Assembly: GCA_964016885.1 (NCBI GenBank)
Contig: OZ024741.1
Coordinates: 118,234,001 to 118,298,000 of the forward strand
Reading direction: 5' to 3'
DNA from: Eledone cirrhosa
Lineage: Eukaryota
Length of the DNA stretch: 64,000 nucleotides
Each line of letters opens with the position of its first letter. The stretch's first letter is position 1. Below are positions 1-11,739 of this stretch, piece after piece. The notes under the pieces are model-generated. The model ran no database searches and was not told the DNA's origin. It saw only the letters and a list, made by a program, of their open reading frames with translations. The position numbers were made by a program, and so were the translations under genes.

Positions 1-212
1 GAGAGGGGATGGGCTTTGCCAGGTTTAAAGTGCCCAAAGTACGCTGTATCACGATAGTGCTCCTACAACTTCATCATAAATGCATACACCTTCCTGTACT
101 AATCAGTCTCTCTTAGCACCCATTTAAAATGATTTCTATTTAAATTATAATCTTCCAACATAATTTGATGTAAGAAGAAAGAATAGAATGTAAAATAAGA
201 AAATATTTTTAA

Positions 213-424
213 CCCTTTAATGTTCAAACCGGCCAGAATTCTCTACCTTTTTCTGTTGAAACTGGCTGTAACTGGTCACCCAAACTGATGTTAAGGTATT
301 GTTCTCAAAATATATACTTTCAAAATCTCATAGATTCGATATTATGTGAGATAGTTATGCGAGCTAAAGTCTTTACCATGAAAATATAATAGTATATATA
401 TAGAGTAATGTGAATGCTAAAGGG
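213..424. mobile_element. piggyBac-like MITE (family 1)
   Basis: TTAA on both flanks and termini CCCTTTA.../...TAAAGGG. Near-identical copies at 6393-6600 and 8376-8592. Confidence 0.7.
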
Positions 425-982
425 TTAAAAAACAGAAAAGGAAGGGAAAGGCATGGGCCCTAATGACACAGAAGAATGAGGAGCAGGAGGGGTGATTGGG
501 TTCTGGGCACCCTATTTTAAGTTACTATCTTAGTAATGTAATAATTAATCATTTTTGTAAATTCCTCAGAATTCTTCAATAATCAACTGAAATAGTATTT
601 CATTAGAAATACTGGCACAAAAGAAAATATTAATTGAAATACATAAGCATTGTATTTCACTATGAATTTGGTCACAAGAGGATTTTACCTTTGTTTTATT
701 GTTTAAACAATTTTTTGTTTACAGATGAAAGCTTCAAATATTTTATTTTTATTCAATTTCTTTTCTGTTGTCTTTTAATCAGATTTTTTTCAAAGTGTTC
801 TGTATTTTCTTTCTTCTGTGGGTTAAACTATTTTGGTAATATTTTTGTTCTTTCTCAACAGCCAAATAAATCTTTGCTGGATAATTCTGCTCATATATCA
901 AATTGCTTTATATATACAGGGTGTGTGTGTGTGTGTGTGTGTCCCCCCCAAAAAAAATATATATACACATATTTATTAGAAA

Positions 983-1346
983 TGGAGAGAAATGAAGCAA
1001 GCAATGTCAATGTGTGTGAATGACCAAGCATAGACGAGTTGAGAGAGAAACTGTGTATAAGAGGGATAAGCTGTAGTGTGCGGGAGAGAGACTGCATTGG
1101 TATGGACATGTGATACACATGGAGGATGACTGTTGGGTAAAGAAGTGCCAAGAAATCCCAGTAGAAGGAAGACACAGTAGAGGAAGACCACGAAAATCCT
1201 GGGTGGAGGTGGTGAGAGCTGACTTCAGATCGCTGAAGCTCACGGAGGAGATGACGAAGGACCATGACGAATGGAGAGAAGCTGTGTTGAATAGGACCCG
1301 TCCCACCCTTGCAAGCAGGGGAAAGCAGATGTAAAATGATGATGAT
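983..1346 (+). mobile_element. RTE LINE family A, 3' fragment
   Basis: Translates to ...WYGHVIHMEDDCWVKKC...RGRPRKSWVEVV...; ends in (GAT)n; matches 40460-40855. Confidence 0.9.
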
Positions 1347-1630
1347 TTATTAGAATGCTGTTGAAGTGTGTATATATAATCTAGGGAATTTTGTAAAAAC
1401 ATTTTTTATACCCAAAGTTGGTAGAGCACTCAGTTTGAACGTTGAGTTGTAATATACAAAACTAAGGTAAATTCACATTTTCACCTGTTCAATACGCGAA
1501 TTTCTTTGTAGGAATATTTCTATAGCTCATCAGTCTAATGTCAGACTTATGAACTGTGAAAATATTCCTGCAGTGAAACACGTGTTTGACAGATGAAAAT
1601 GTGAATTCAACTCAATTTTGTGTATGTCTG

Positions 1631-1685
<55 letters not shown>

Positions 1686-1832
1686 ACCATATATCTTATG
1701 AGAATACACAGTATCTTGTAGCACATATTTCAAAGAAAAATATGTACTTTAGATGGAAATAGTACATATTTTTCTTTGAAATATGTGCTTTGTACATATA
1801 CAAGACACTGTGTATTCTCATAAGATATGTCA

Positions 1833-2385
<553 letters not shown>

Positions 2386-2821
2386 GTGATTTGATTTGAT
2401 TCTTTAATAATTTTATGGTTTATTCCAGTAATGAGAAAATTTGTCTTATTTTGATTGAAATTCCATTTAGCTTCAATATGTTATCGCAAAACTCTTCATT
2501 TACCCGAATATTTACTGTTGTGATATATGTAATGGAATATGATATATAGTGTGTATATTATATATATATATATATGTAGATCTAATGGTATAGTGTGTAT
2601 ATTATCTATATGCATATATATATAGAGAGAGAGAGAATATACATGCTTATAATACTATGCACAGAATAAGATTAAAGAGTAACTTCAGTATTAACACTCA
2701 CTTACATGGGTCACCTTGTTTGTAAATCAAATCCACAGCCTTACAAACATAAGTCCAACCTCCTATTGTCTAGATCACAGACCTTTACATTTTTGTGTAT
2801 CTTTTTTTAAAATTATTATTC

Positions 2822-3620
2822 TCACCCACATTGAATGGTTTTGACTTCACACCATTTATCCGAACAAAAATGCTAGAACATTTGTATAAAGATATCAGTA
2901 GAGAGGAAAAGTGTCTGTCTTCACAGCACTGATTTTCATTCCTGCTGTGCGGCACTTGGCATCAGACCTATCAAGTTCATGTCAGAGATCACCTGATGAA
3001 TTACGTAGTGTCATGTCATCTGCAAATTCCAGCTGACATTCTACATTTGTCGGTTTTTATACCACTTCCAACCTGGCTGTACTTCTTAATCCTGTTCAAG
3101 AAGATTATGAACAGGAGAGGTGATACTATGTATCCTTGGTGGAGTTCAACACCCACATTGAGTGGTTTCGACTTAGCATCATTTATCCGAACACAAATGC
3201 TAGAGCATTTGTATAAAGACTCCTGGGCTACAAGAAGCTGTCCATCAATCCCATATTCCTGCAGAACCTTTCACAACAGGTCCCATAGAACACAGTTGTA
3301 TGCCTTTTTAAGGTCTACAAAACAAGTATTCACTTCTTGGCAATACTTCCACAATTTCTTAAAGATCTGCTGCAGTGTGAATATTTGACCAGCTGTGCTG
3401 CATCCAGGAAAAAACCACACTGTTCATCAGTTAGCTTGGACTCGACAATATCGCTACATCATTTACTGGGGCGGCTTAACAAGGAGCTCTCTATATAATT
3501 AGAGCAATCTTTCTGGTCTCCCTTTTTTTAAAATTGGGATTATCACTTCCAATTACCATTTTTTAGGTGCCTTTCCAGAGATCCAGGCCACCTTGCACAC
3601 ATGGGTTTGCCAGAGAATAC
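2822..3620 (-). pseudogene. Degenerate LINE reverse-transcriptase fragment (RTE-like, separate family)
   Basis: Minus-strand translation includes CFVDLKKAYN, ESLYKCSSICVRIND, GVELHQGYIVSPLLFIIFLNR and FADD. Confidence 0.8.
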
Positions 3621-3973
3621 CTTCTCTATAAGTTCTCTAATTGTTCTGTTAACCTCAGTCTCTGAGAGGTTAGTCATTGCTGAACCCACAACCTTAAAAT
3701 CATGAGTCCAACACCCTATCAACCAAACCACAGACCTTCACATTTTCTTATGATATATTAAAAATACTAGTAATAATTTTATATTTCATTTTTAATTCCA
3801 ATTTCAAACAATTCCAATTTCAAACAATTAAAAACAAACATTACCAAATATTAAGATAGAAGAATATTCCACCATACAGTTGATTGATTGATTCTAATGT
3901 TTGATCTGTTTTTTTGTTTGTTTATTATTATTGTTATTATCATTATTATTATTATCATTATTATTGATTTCAG

Positions 3974-4132
3974 TTCTATGTTATATGGAGTTGGCTTCCA
4001 GCTCGGTCTGCTGTTTGTCAACCTAAATTGTTGTATACATCAGAAGAACATGGTGTGAGTTTGAGGACACTTTACATTATGTCAGAAGAGTATGAACCAA
4101 CCATTATTGTCGTAAAGACTTTAAAAGATGAG
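3974..4132 (+). CDS. TBC1D24: TBC1D24/skywalker-like gene, TLDc-domain exon (third from last)
   Basis: tttcag acceptor and GT donor; 159 nt, phase 0; FYVIWSWLPARSAVCQPKLLYTSEEHGVSLRTLYIMSEEYEPTIIVVKTLKDE is the TLDc N-terminal part. Confidence 0.88.
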
Positions 4133-4380
4133 GTGCTTATGTATTATATATTGTTTTTTCTTCTCTATTTCCATTGCCCAAATTGTGTGTGTGTGTTTGC
4201 ATGTGCAGGGCCTGTAAGAGGCAAAGGTCAATCTGTAGATTGGTCTGGGCAAGACTGTATTAAGTCTTTTTGAGGCCTTAAGCACTTAAAATATTATGGT
4301 GTCCACCATAATGTAAAGTCTGCAAAATTTATTTGTTTATTTATTTTTTAATAACAAATATATTAAACTTGAATAATATG

Positions 4381-4656
4381 GTGCCTCTCATCCAGTGAAC
4401 CAATACAGTGCCTCTCATCCAGTGAACCAATACAGTGCCTCTCATCCAGTGAACCAATACAGTGCCTCTCATCCAGTGAACCAATACAGTGCCTCTCATC
4501 CAGTGAACCAATACAGTGCCTCTCATCCAGTGAACCAATACAGTGCCTCTCATCCAGTGAACCAATACAGTGCCTCTCATCCAGTGAACCAATACAGTGC
4601 CTCTCATCCAGTGAACCAATACAGTGCCTCTCATCCAGTGAACCAATACAGTGCCT
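4381..4656. repeat. 27-bp minisatellite, about 10 identical units (intronic)
   Basis: Unit GTGCCTCTCATCCAGTGAACCAATACA. Confidence 0.95.
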
Positions 4657-4892
4657 TTGTATACCTGATAACTTCCACATAAAAAAAAATCTAAGGATCC
4701 TCCCTATAATTTTGAGACAAGTTTCCCATCCAACAAGGCTACAAAAGTCAGGTTCTGCCATGCAAATGTGTTTCAGATGACTTCTCTTTCTGTGAGAGAG
4801 AGATGAAACATTTCCCCGTACTTAATTTGTGGACTGAGCTCTTTTGATTTCCAAAGAATTAAAGCAAATTTTGATTTTGATAATTTGAAAAA

Positions 4893-5380
4893 GTGACGAT
4901 GATGATGATAGTGATGATGATAGTGATGATGACGATGATAGTGATGATGATAGTGACGATGATGATGATAGTGACGATGACGATGATGATGATAGTGACG
5001 ATGATGATGATAGTAATGATGACGATGATAGTGATGATGACGATGATAGTGATGATGATAGTGACGATGTTGATGATAGTGACGATGACGATGATGATGA
5101 TAGTGATGATGACGATGATAGTGATGATAACGATGATAGTGATGATGATAGTGACGATGATGATGATAGTGACGATGACGATGATGATGATAGTGATGAC
5201 GATGATAGTGATGATAACGATGATAGTGATGATGATAGTGACGATGATGATGATAGTGACGATGACGATGATGATGATAGTGATGATGATAGTGACGATG
5301 ATGATGATAGTGACGATGACTACGATGATAGTGACGATGATGATGATAATAATGATAACGACTATGATGACAATGATGAT
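4893..5380. repeat. Degenerate (GAT/GAC/AGT)n trinucleotide array
   Basis: Read directly from the sequence. Confidence 0.95.
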
Positions 5381-5689
5381 GTTTATTTTTGATAACCTAG
5401 ATAATGGTTTCTATGATAGCAACATTGTCATTTCTTTCTCAACTGAACTAACACAAAATTATTTCAAAGCTTGTCAACTTGTCACGTTTCAGATATTTAT
5501 GGTAGCATCATAAATCATCCTTTTCATATAAATATACTTAGATTTTTCTGAGGGTCTTATAAGGTTTGTCAGAAGTGATGGACAAGTATATTGTGACTGC
5601 CGTATTAAGTTTAGGGTAGTACATTCAGAAAATTAGCTTGTGTGTGTCTGTGTGTGTACATGTGTGTATGTGTACACACACACACACAA

Positions 5690-6010
5690 CAAAAAGCACT
5701 CAGTACAACCTGTGAGGTTGTTGACATGACTAAAAACCATTCAGTCCACTCTGTAAGGTGGTCATGCTGGTGTCACAATGAAAAAGCACTCTGTCCACCT
5801 TGTTAGATGGTTATTTTGGTACCAAAATACAAAGCACACAGTCCACAATGTAATGTAATTCGTGAAAGGAAGGACATCCAGCTGTAGAAACCAAACCAAA
5901 ATATAGATCGATATGAGCAAGACATAGTCACCTGACCTACCTTGTCTCATAATGTGACAACCTGCCTAATCTATGCACGCATGGAAAACAGAAATTGATG
6001 ATGATGATGA
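5690..6010 (+). mobile_element. Degenerate RTE 3'UTR-derived repeat (tandem subunits plus LINE tail)
   Basis: AAAAAGCAC..CAGTCCAC..TGTAAGGTGG subunits, then GGAAGGACATCCAGCTGTAGAAA and (GAT)n as in the RTE-B 3'UTR. Confidence 0.65.
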
Positions 6011-6047
6011 AGTAAAATTTATTGGTTCATTCAAAAACTTAGGTATA

Positions 6048-6083
<36 letters not shown>

Positions 6084-6085
<2 letters not shown>

Positions 6086-6270
6086 GCGGTGGATTGGCAG
6101 TATCGGTAAAGGGTCGGACGCCATGCTTTCCAGCATAGTTACGTCCCTTTATGATCTGAGTTCAAATCCCGCCGAGGTTGACTTTGCCTTTCATCCTTAC
6201 GGGGTCGATAAAATAAAGTACCAGTAATGCACTGGGTAATTGCTAGCCTTGTGCCTAAAGTAGAAACAAT
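6084..6270 (+). mobile_element. tRNA-derived SINE
   Basis: A-box-like TGGCAGTATCGG, B-box GAGTTCAAATCC, body CTTTGCCTTTCATCCTTACGGGGTCGATAAAATAAAGTACCAGT; many copies in the window. Confidence 0.85.
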
Positions 6271-6392
6271 TATATATATATATATAAATGTATAATGTAA
6301 GTTGGTGTATTCAGAAAGTAAGGTTAACTGTTTTTTATATTAGCTTTCCTTAAACTATGCCTGTTTCTATTAAATAAAGCCACCCATTTAAA

Positions 6393-6600
6393 CCCTTTAG
6401 CATTTAAACCAGCCAGAATTCTCTCACCTTTTTCTGTTCAAACCAGCCACAACTAGCCACTCATTGTGATGTTAACATATCGTTCTCAAAATAAATATCA
6501 AAATCTCATAGATTCCATATTATGTGAGATTATTATGTAAAGTAAAGCCTTTACTGTGAAAATATAATTGTAAATATAGAGTAATGTAAATGCTAAAGAG
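6393..6600. mobile_element. piggyBac-like MITE (family 1)
   Basis: Termini CCCTTTAGCATTTA/TAAATGCTAAAGAG; TTAA on the right flank. Confidence 0.7.
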
Positions 6601-7009
6601 TTAAAGGGTTTTTGTTTAAATTTCAATCTTCCAACATAATTTGACAAAATGGCCTTTTGTATTTTGAGTTCAAATCTTGCTGAGGTTAACTTTGTCTTTC
6701 ATCCATACAGGATCGATAAAATAAAGTACCAGTCACGCACTGGAGTGAATTTAATGGAACCCCCCCCCCCCCTCCAGAAATTGTTGGCCTTGTGCCTAAA
6801 TCATTATTATTATTATTAGTAGTAGTAGTAGTATTAGTAGTTGTAGAAGAAGAATCAGTAATATACTGGAAACAATTTCCTCTACCTTCCCTCAAAATTA
6901 TTGGCCTTGTGCATAATTTAAAAATCATTATTCTGTGATTATTATTATTATAAATACGATTCAAGAATAATTTAATTATATTTATTATCAATTTTTCTTC
7001 CATCTTCAG

Positions 7010-7221
7010 GTTTTTGGTGCCTTCTGTTCTAGTAGTTGGTCTAACCGTAAGCAGAGCAGTAAAAACATTTCTTATTTTGGAACTGGTGAGACCTTCCTCT
7101 TCACAATAAAGCCAGGTCAAAAGAAGTTCCCATGGATTGGTTATAGTCGACCAGATATTTCTCGAAATGCAGCCAGTATGTTTATGGCTGGTGATAGTTC
7201 AGTCCTCATTATTGGTGGAGG
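7010..7221 (+). CDS. TBC1D24: TBC1D24/skywalker-like gene, TLDc-domain penultimate exon
   Basis: cttcag acceptor, GTAAGT donor; VFGAFCSSSWSNRKQSSKNISYFGTGETFLFTIKPGQKKFPWIGYSRPDISRNAASMFMAGDSSVLIIGGG; phases join both neighbouring exons. Confidence 0.9.
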
Positions 7222-7429
7222 GTAAGTGATAATCTCCTGATATCGACATCTCATTTAATTCTTTTCATACCAGCCCAGCCCAAACCACCTCTGGTTCTAT
7301 GAAACAAAACTACCTATTTAAATTAAAATCTTCCAACATGATTTTATGTAAGAACCATATGTTAATTTACTATCTTAATAATGAAATAATTTAATAAATT
7401 TTAGTAAATCACTCAAAATTCTTCATTAA

Positions 7430-7612
7430 CCCTTTTGATACCAACCCAGTCAAAACCACACATTTTAAAGAGTTCTTAAAATGTTCCAACGTAATTTTGT
7501 ATATGAACCATATGTTAAGTTACTATCTTAGTAATGAAATAATTAATCTCAAAATTCTTCATTAATTAATTGAAATTGATTACATTTCATTAGAAATATG
7601 ATCACGAAAGGC
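7430..7612. mobile_element. piggyBac-like MITE (family 2)
   Basis: TTAA|CCCTTTTGATAC ... GAAAGGC|TTAA; related copies near 7255, 45915, 47149, 53830 and 54505. Confidence 0.6.
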
Positions 7613-8375
7613 TTAACACTACTGGTTTTATAAAGAATGCGTATATTATATGTTGTTTTTTTTATTGTTTTTCTTTTTAGCGAGTATTTTACAAGGGAGG
7701 TAATTCAAGTTATTAGTTGCAGGGGAAGTAATTCTGTTAGTACCTACAACAATTCAATATTATGTTCGAGTTTCCGTATTTTTTCGGATACAATAAGCAC
7801 ACTTATTCTGAAAATTGGCAGGAAATTATCGTAGTATTCATTTGGGGGATTAAAAAATGCGTTGTATATGCAAAAAAATACAGTAAATTTGTGCGCGGTT
7901 TACTAGAATAGTTAGAGAGTTGGACAAAATGCTTTGAGGTATTTAGTTATGACCCTTTACTTTCTGGTCCAAATCCCGCAAGGTCATCTTTGCCTTTAGG
8001 ATGATGGATGTGCAAAAAAGGTGAAGTAATGGTCAAAATGCCTTGTGATATTTCGTCATATACTTTTACTTTCTTACTTCAAATCTTGCCGAGATTGGCA
8101 TTGCCTTTCATCCTTCCAGAATTGCTTAAATAAAGTACCAGTCATGTGCTGCGGTTAATTTAATCAGTCCCCCGACACCCTACAAAAAAAAACCGGTGGC
8201 TTAGGGTAAATATTATAAATGTTTTTTTTTATTCTTACTAGTTTCATCTAAGTATTCTTACTAGATCGTGGCCATGCTAGACCTTAAATGGATTTAGTCA
8301 ATCATATTGACCCGAGTACATATTTTTTCAAATCTAGTATTTACTTTATTAATCTCTTTTTATCAAAGCCCTTAA

Positions 8376-8592
8376 TCTTTTAGCATTTAAACTGGCCATA
8401 TCCAACCAGAATTCTCTCAGCTCTTTCTGTTCAAACCGGCTGTAACCGGCCGCTCATACTGATGATAAGGTATTGTTCTCAAAATAAATAATATCGAAAT
8501 CTCATTCGGTATTATGTGAGATAATTGTGTGAGGTAAAGCTTTTACCACAAAAATATAATAGTAAATATAGAGTAATGTAAATGCTAATGGG
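8376..8592. mobile_element. piggyBac-like MITE (family 1)
   Basis: TTAA flanks; same body as 213-424. Confidence 0.7.
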
Positions 8593-8820
8593 TTAAATTA
8601 CCTTACATAAACACAGACATATATATACGTTCTATCACCACCATTTTGTATCCATTTTTCCATGCTGGCATAGTTTAGACAAACATGAGTCAACCTGAAG
8701 CTCTGGTAACTGACACTTGCCCAAGATGCTCTGCTGTGAGATCAAACCCAGCAGGACATAATTATTGCAACACGAACTCCTTAACATTCGACCATATATA
8801 TATATATATATATATATGCG

Positions 8821-9060
8821 TGTGTGTGACAGTCCTGAGTTCAATTGGGGGTAACTACAGTAAGTAAGGTTTTCAAAGAATCTGTTCCCTAAAAATTTAT
8901 CAGCCAATGACCTCTACCCATCTTTAAAACCGCCACCTTCCCCATCCTCCAGTAAACGTATAAATACCATTGCATTACAACTCGTGTTGGCTTTCCTGAT
9001 GGTTTCCTTCGAATGAAACGGTTCTAGTCCTGTAGAAGCCATTTCTATATTAAATTTTGC
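8821..9060 (+). mobile_element. PLE pseudo-LTR (pLTR)-like remnant in the last TBC1D24 intron
   Basis: Flanked by (TA)n; CCAAT and TATAAATA upstream of an HHR motif; an internally deleted copy lies on - at 27791-27884. Confidence 0.6.
8989..9040 (+). ncRNA. Type I hammerhead motif (A9G)
   Basis: ggctttc CTGATGG t-ttc-cttc-gaa-t GAA ACGG-ttctagtc-CTGT A gaagcc. Confidence 0.6.
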
Positions 9061-9656
9061 TATATATATATACCTATGACAGGCTTCTGCAGTTTCCGTT
9101 TAACAAATTTCACTTATGAGGCATTAGACAACCCAAGGCTGTAGTGGGATGAACCCAAAACCATGTAATTACAAAGCAAACTCCTTAGCCATACTGCAAG
9201 GCTATACTTGCATGTGTATTATAGAGCTAACAATAGTTTGTGTAGTGTAAAAAAATTGGTCACCCAATGGCAAGGGAAGGCTAAAAGTATGTGTGCAATA
9301 GAGCGAAAGAGAGCAGTGTTGGTGATATAAACATCAAACAGTGAATTTTCTTTCTTTTTTTAATTTCATGTCTTTATTGAAAGGGGATAGTAAGAGTGTG
9401 TGATTGAGAGAACTAAAAGACAAATTACTTTGTAGTACTTCAGTTACACTGTGGTAAGAGGATGCTGAGAGACAGTGCAGGGGTGATGGAGTCAATTTTT
9501 TTTTTTAATGCTGTATGAAAAATATTGTATATCCTCAAATTTTAAATGAGTAAATTATTCTATTTGGGGATTTTCGGTCATTTGTTAATTATCAAATAAA
9601 ATGCCATATTGATCTTTAATACTTAGTGGTTGTTTCTAATTATATTTTGGAATTTT

Positions 9657-10036
9657 GGTGATGACACATGACACACGACCTCTGCCGTCTCGCAGTAATA
9701 CAGAGTACCCGACCTCCCATGGGTACAAGCTGAAGCATTTAGACAATATGCCCCCACACCCTCCCACTGCAAAGTGGTCGTGGAGGTGCCACGGCAAAAA
9801 AGCACCAGCCCACACTGTAAAGTGGACGTGTAGGCACCACGGCAAAAAAAGCACCCAGCACTCACTGTAAATGAGGTTGGTGTTAGGAAGGGCATCCAGC
9901 TGTAGAAATCAAGCCAAAATCAGTTCCTGTATGAGCAAGGCATGGTTAGCCGACCAGCCACTGCCCACAACAGGACAACCCGTCTAACCCATGCTAGCAT
10001 GGGAAGAACGGACGTAAAACGGTGATGATGATGATG
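9657..10036 (+). mobile_element. RTE LINE family B, 3' end and UTR
   Basis: Near-identical to 22135-22500; (GAT)n tail. Confidence 0.9.
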
Positions 10037-10107
10037 AATCTTCTTAGGATCATCTAGTATTTATTATAATTGTTTTGTTTTTTTTCTTTTGGTGTGTGTA
10101 TTTTCAG

Positions 10108-10243
10108 GGGAGGTAATGCCATAATGTTGGATGAAAATCTACTCCACTGTCGTACAGAAGAAACCGAAACATTTGGCAATCCACCTTTATGTTCTAGCAA
10201 AGATTTTGAATGTAAAGTAGTTGAAATATTTGGCTTTGAATGA
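10108..10243 (+). CDS. TBC1D24: TBC1D24/skywalker-like gene, last coding exon
   Basis: ttttcag acceptor; (G)GGNAIMLDENLLHCRTEETETFGNPPLCSSKDFECKVVEIFGFE* with the terminal TLDc E-x-F/W motif. Confidence 0.9.
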
Positions 10244-10589
10244 ACTTAATTATTGCTATTCTGCGAAACATGTCTTCTGAAGAACTGTAGAAAAGAAGAA
10301 AAACAATTTTTAAAAAACACTCAGTGTTGTGTATTGCAATTTTCCTTCAAAGTACTGTTGGAATAATGATGTCACATGACATTATAGTAACTATGGAAAA
10401 TAAGGAGTTAAAGGAAAAAGAACATGGAAAATGAACTTTCGGTATAAAAAGAAATTATACAAAATTGTTTTAACAATCCATAAAAATCTATTTAAAAAAT
10501 AAGAGGATGTACTAATTGGCCTGGAAGTGTAATTTGAGTGTCCATTCTCCTATGAGTTTTGCTACAACTTATTAAACTGTCTGTGATTT

Positions 10590-11560
10590 TAACTTATTGC
10601 ATTAGTGCAGTGGCTGTTGAAAACCTGTGGTGTTATGTTGTTGCAGAAGTGCAGTAGCTGCAGAAAACTTTTGATGTTGCATTAGTGCAGTGGCTGTAGG
10701 AAACCTGTGGTATTATCTTGTTGCACAAGTGCAGTAGCTGTAGAAAATCTTTGATGTTGCATTAGTGTAGTAGCTGTTGGAAACATGTGGTGTTATCTTG
10801 TTGCACAAATGCAGTAGCTACAGAAAATCTTTATTTTGTTGCACAATTGCAGTTATTGTAAAAAACCTGTGATGTTACACAAGTGCAGCAGCTGTAAAAA
10901 AACAGTTACCTGTTTGCATTATTGCAGTGGTTGTATAAAATGTATGGTGTTACATTATTGCAGTTGCTGTAGAAAACCTGTGATGTTACCTTGTTGCAGT
11001 ATTGTACTTGCTGTAGAAAACCTGTGGTGATAACTTGCTGCACAAGTGCAGTGACTGTAGACATTACACTAGTACAATGACTGTTGAAAACCTATTGTTG
11101 ACCTGCTACATTTGTGAAGTGGCTGTAGACATTGCATTAGTACAGTGACTGTTGAAAACCTATGGTGTTAACTTGCTGCACAAGTGCAGTGACTGTAGAC
11201 ATTACACTAGTACAGTGACTGTAGAAAACCTATGGTGTTAACTTGCTGCACAAGTGCAGTGACTGTAGACATTACACTAGTACAATGACTTGAAAACCTA
11301 TTGTTGACCTGCTACATTTGTGAAGTGGCTGTAGACATTGCATTAGTACAGTGACTGTTGAAAACCTATGGTGTTAACTTGCTGCACTATGGCTGTAAAA
11401 AACACCCATGGTGTTACCTTGCACTATTGCACTGGCTGTAAAAGATCCATGTTTTTACTCTGTTGCATTATTGCACTGACTGCAAAAAAATCCATGATGT
11501 TACCTTTTTGGACTAGTTCATTAGCTGTAAACAAACCATGTTGTATATCATTTCACAAGT
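10590..11560. repeat. Degenerate tandem array downstream of the stop codon (probable 3'UTR)
   Basis: Recurrent GCATTAGTGCAGTGGCTGTAGAAAACCTGTGGTGTT-type units with higher-order duplications. Confidence 0.8.
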
Positions 11561-11739
11561 GCTTATTGTGTAATTATTTAAAATACAAAAACAAAGACTA
11601 TCTTCTAAATAAATGAGACTGGTAAATTTAGAAGTAGCACACAATCAACCATAAATATTTTAAATTTTATAGAATTTTTTTAAAATGTGTAATGTTAAAC
11701 TCACCATTTCTTTGTATTATTATTATTATTTTAACTTAT

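Noticed and set aside
4341-4761. Repeat-peptide ORFs and a CRISPR-like look of the 27-bp array
   Set aside because: Head-to-tail identical units with no spacers, in an intron of a eukaryotic gene.
4893-5513. 206-aa Met/Ile/Thr ORF (or Asp/Ser-rich frame)
   Set aside because: Trinucleotide repeat inside an intron; no splice context needed, since the flanking TLDc exons join in frame without it.
10836-11616. Cys-rich, metallothionein-like ORFs
   Set aside because: Products of the TGCAGT-rich tandem repeat; short and interrupted.
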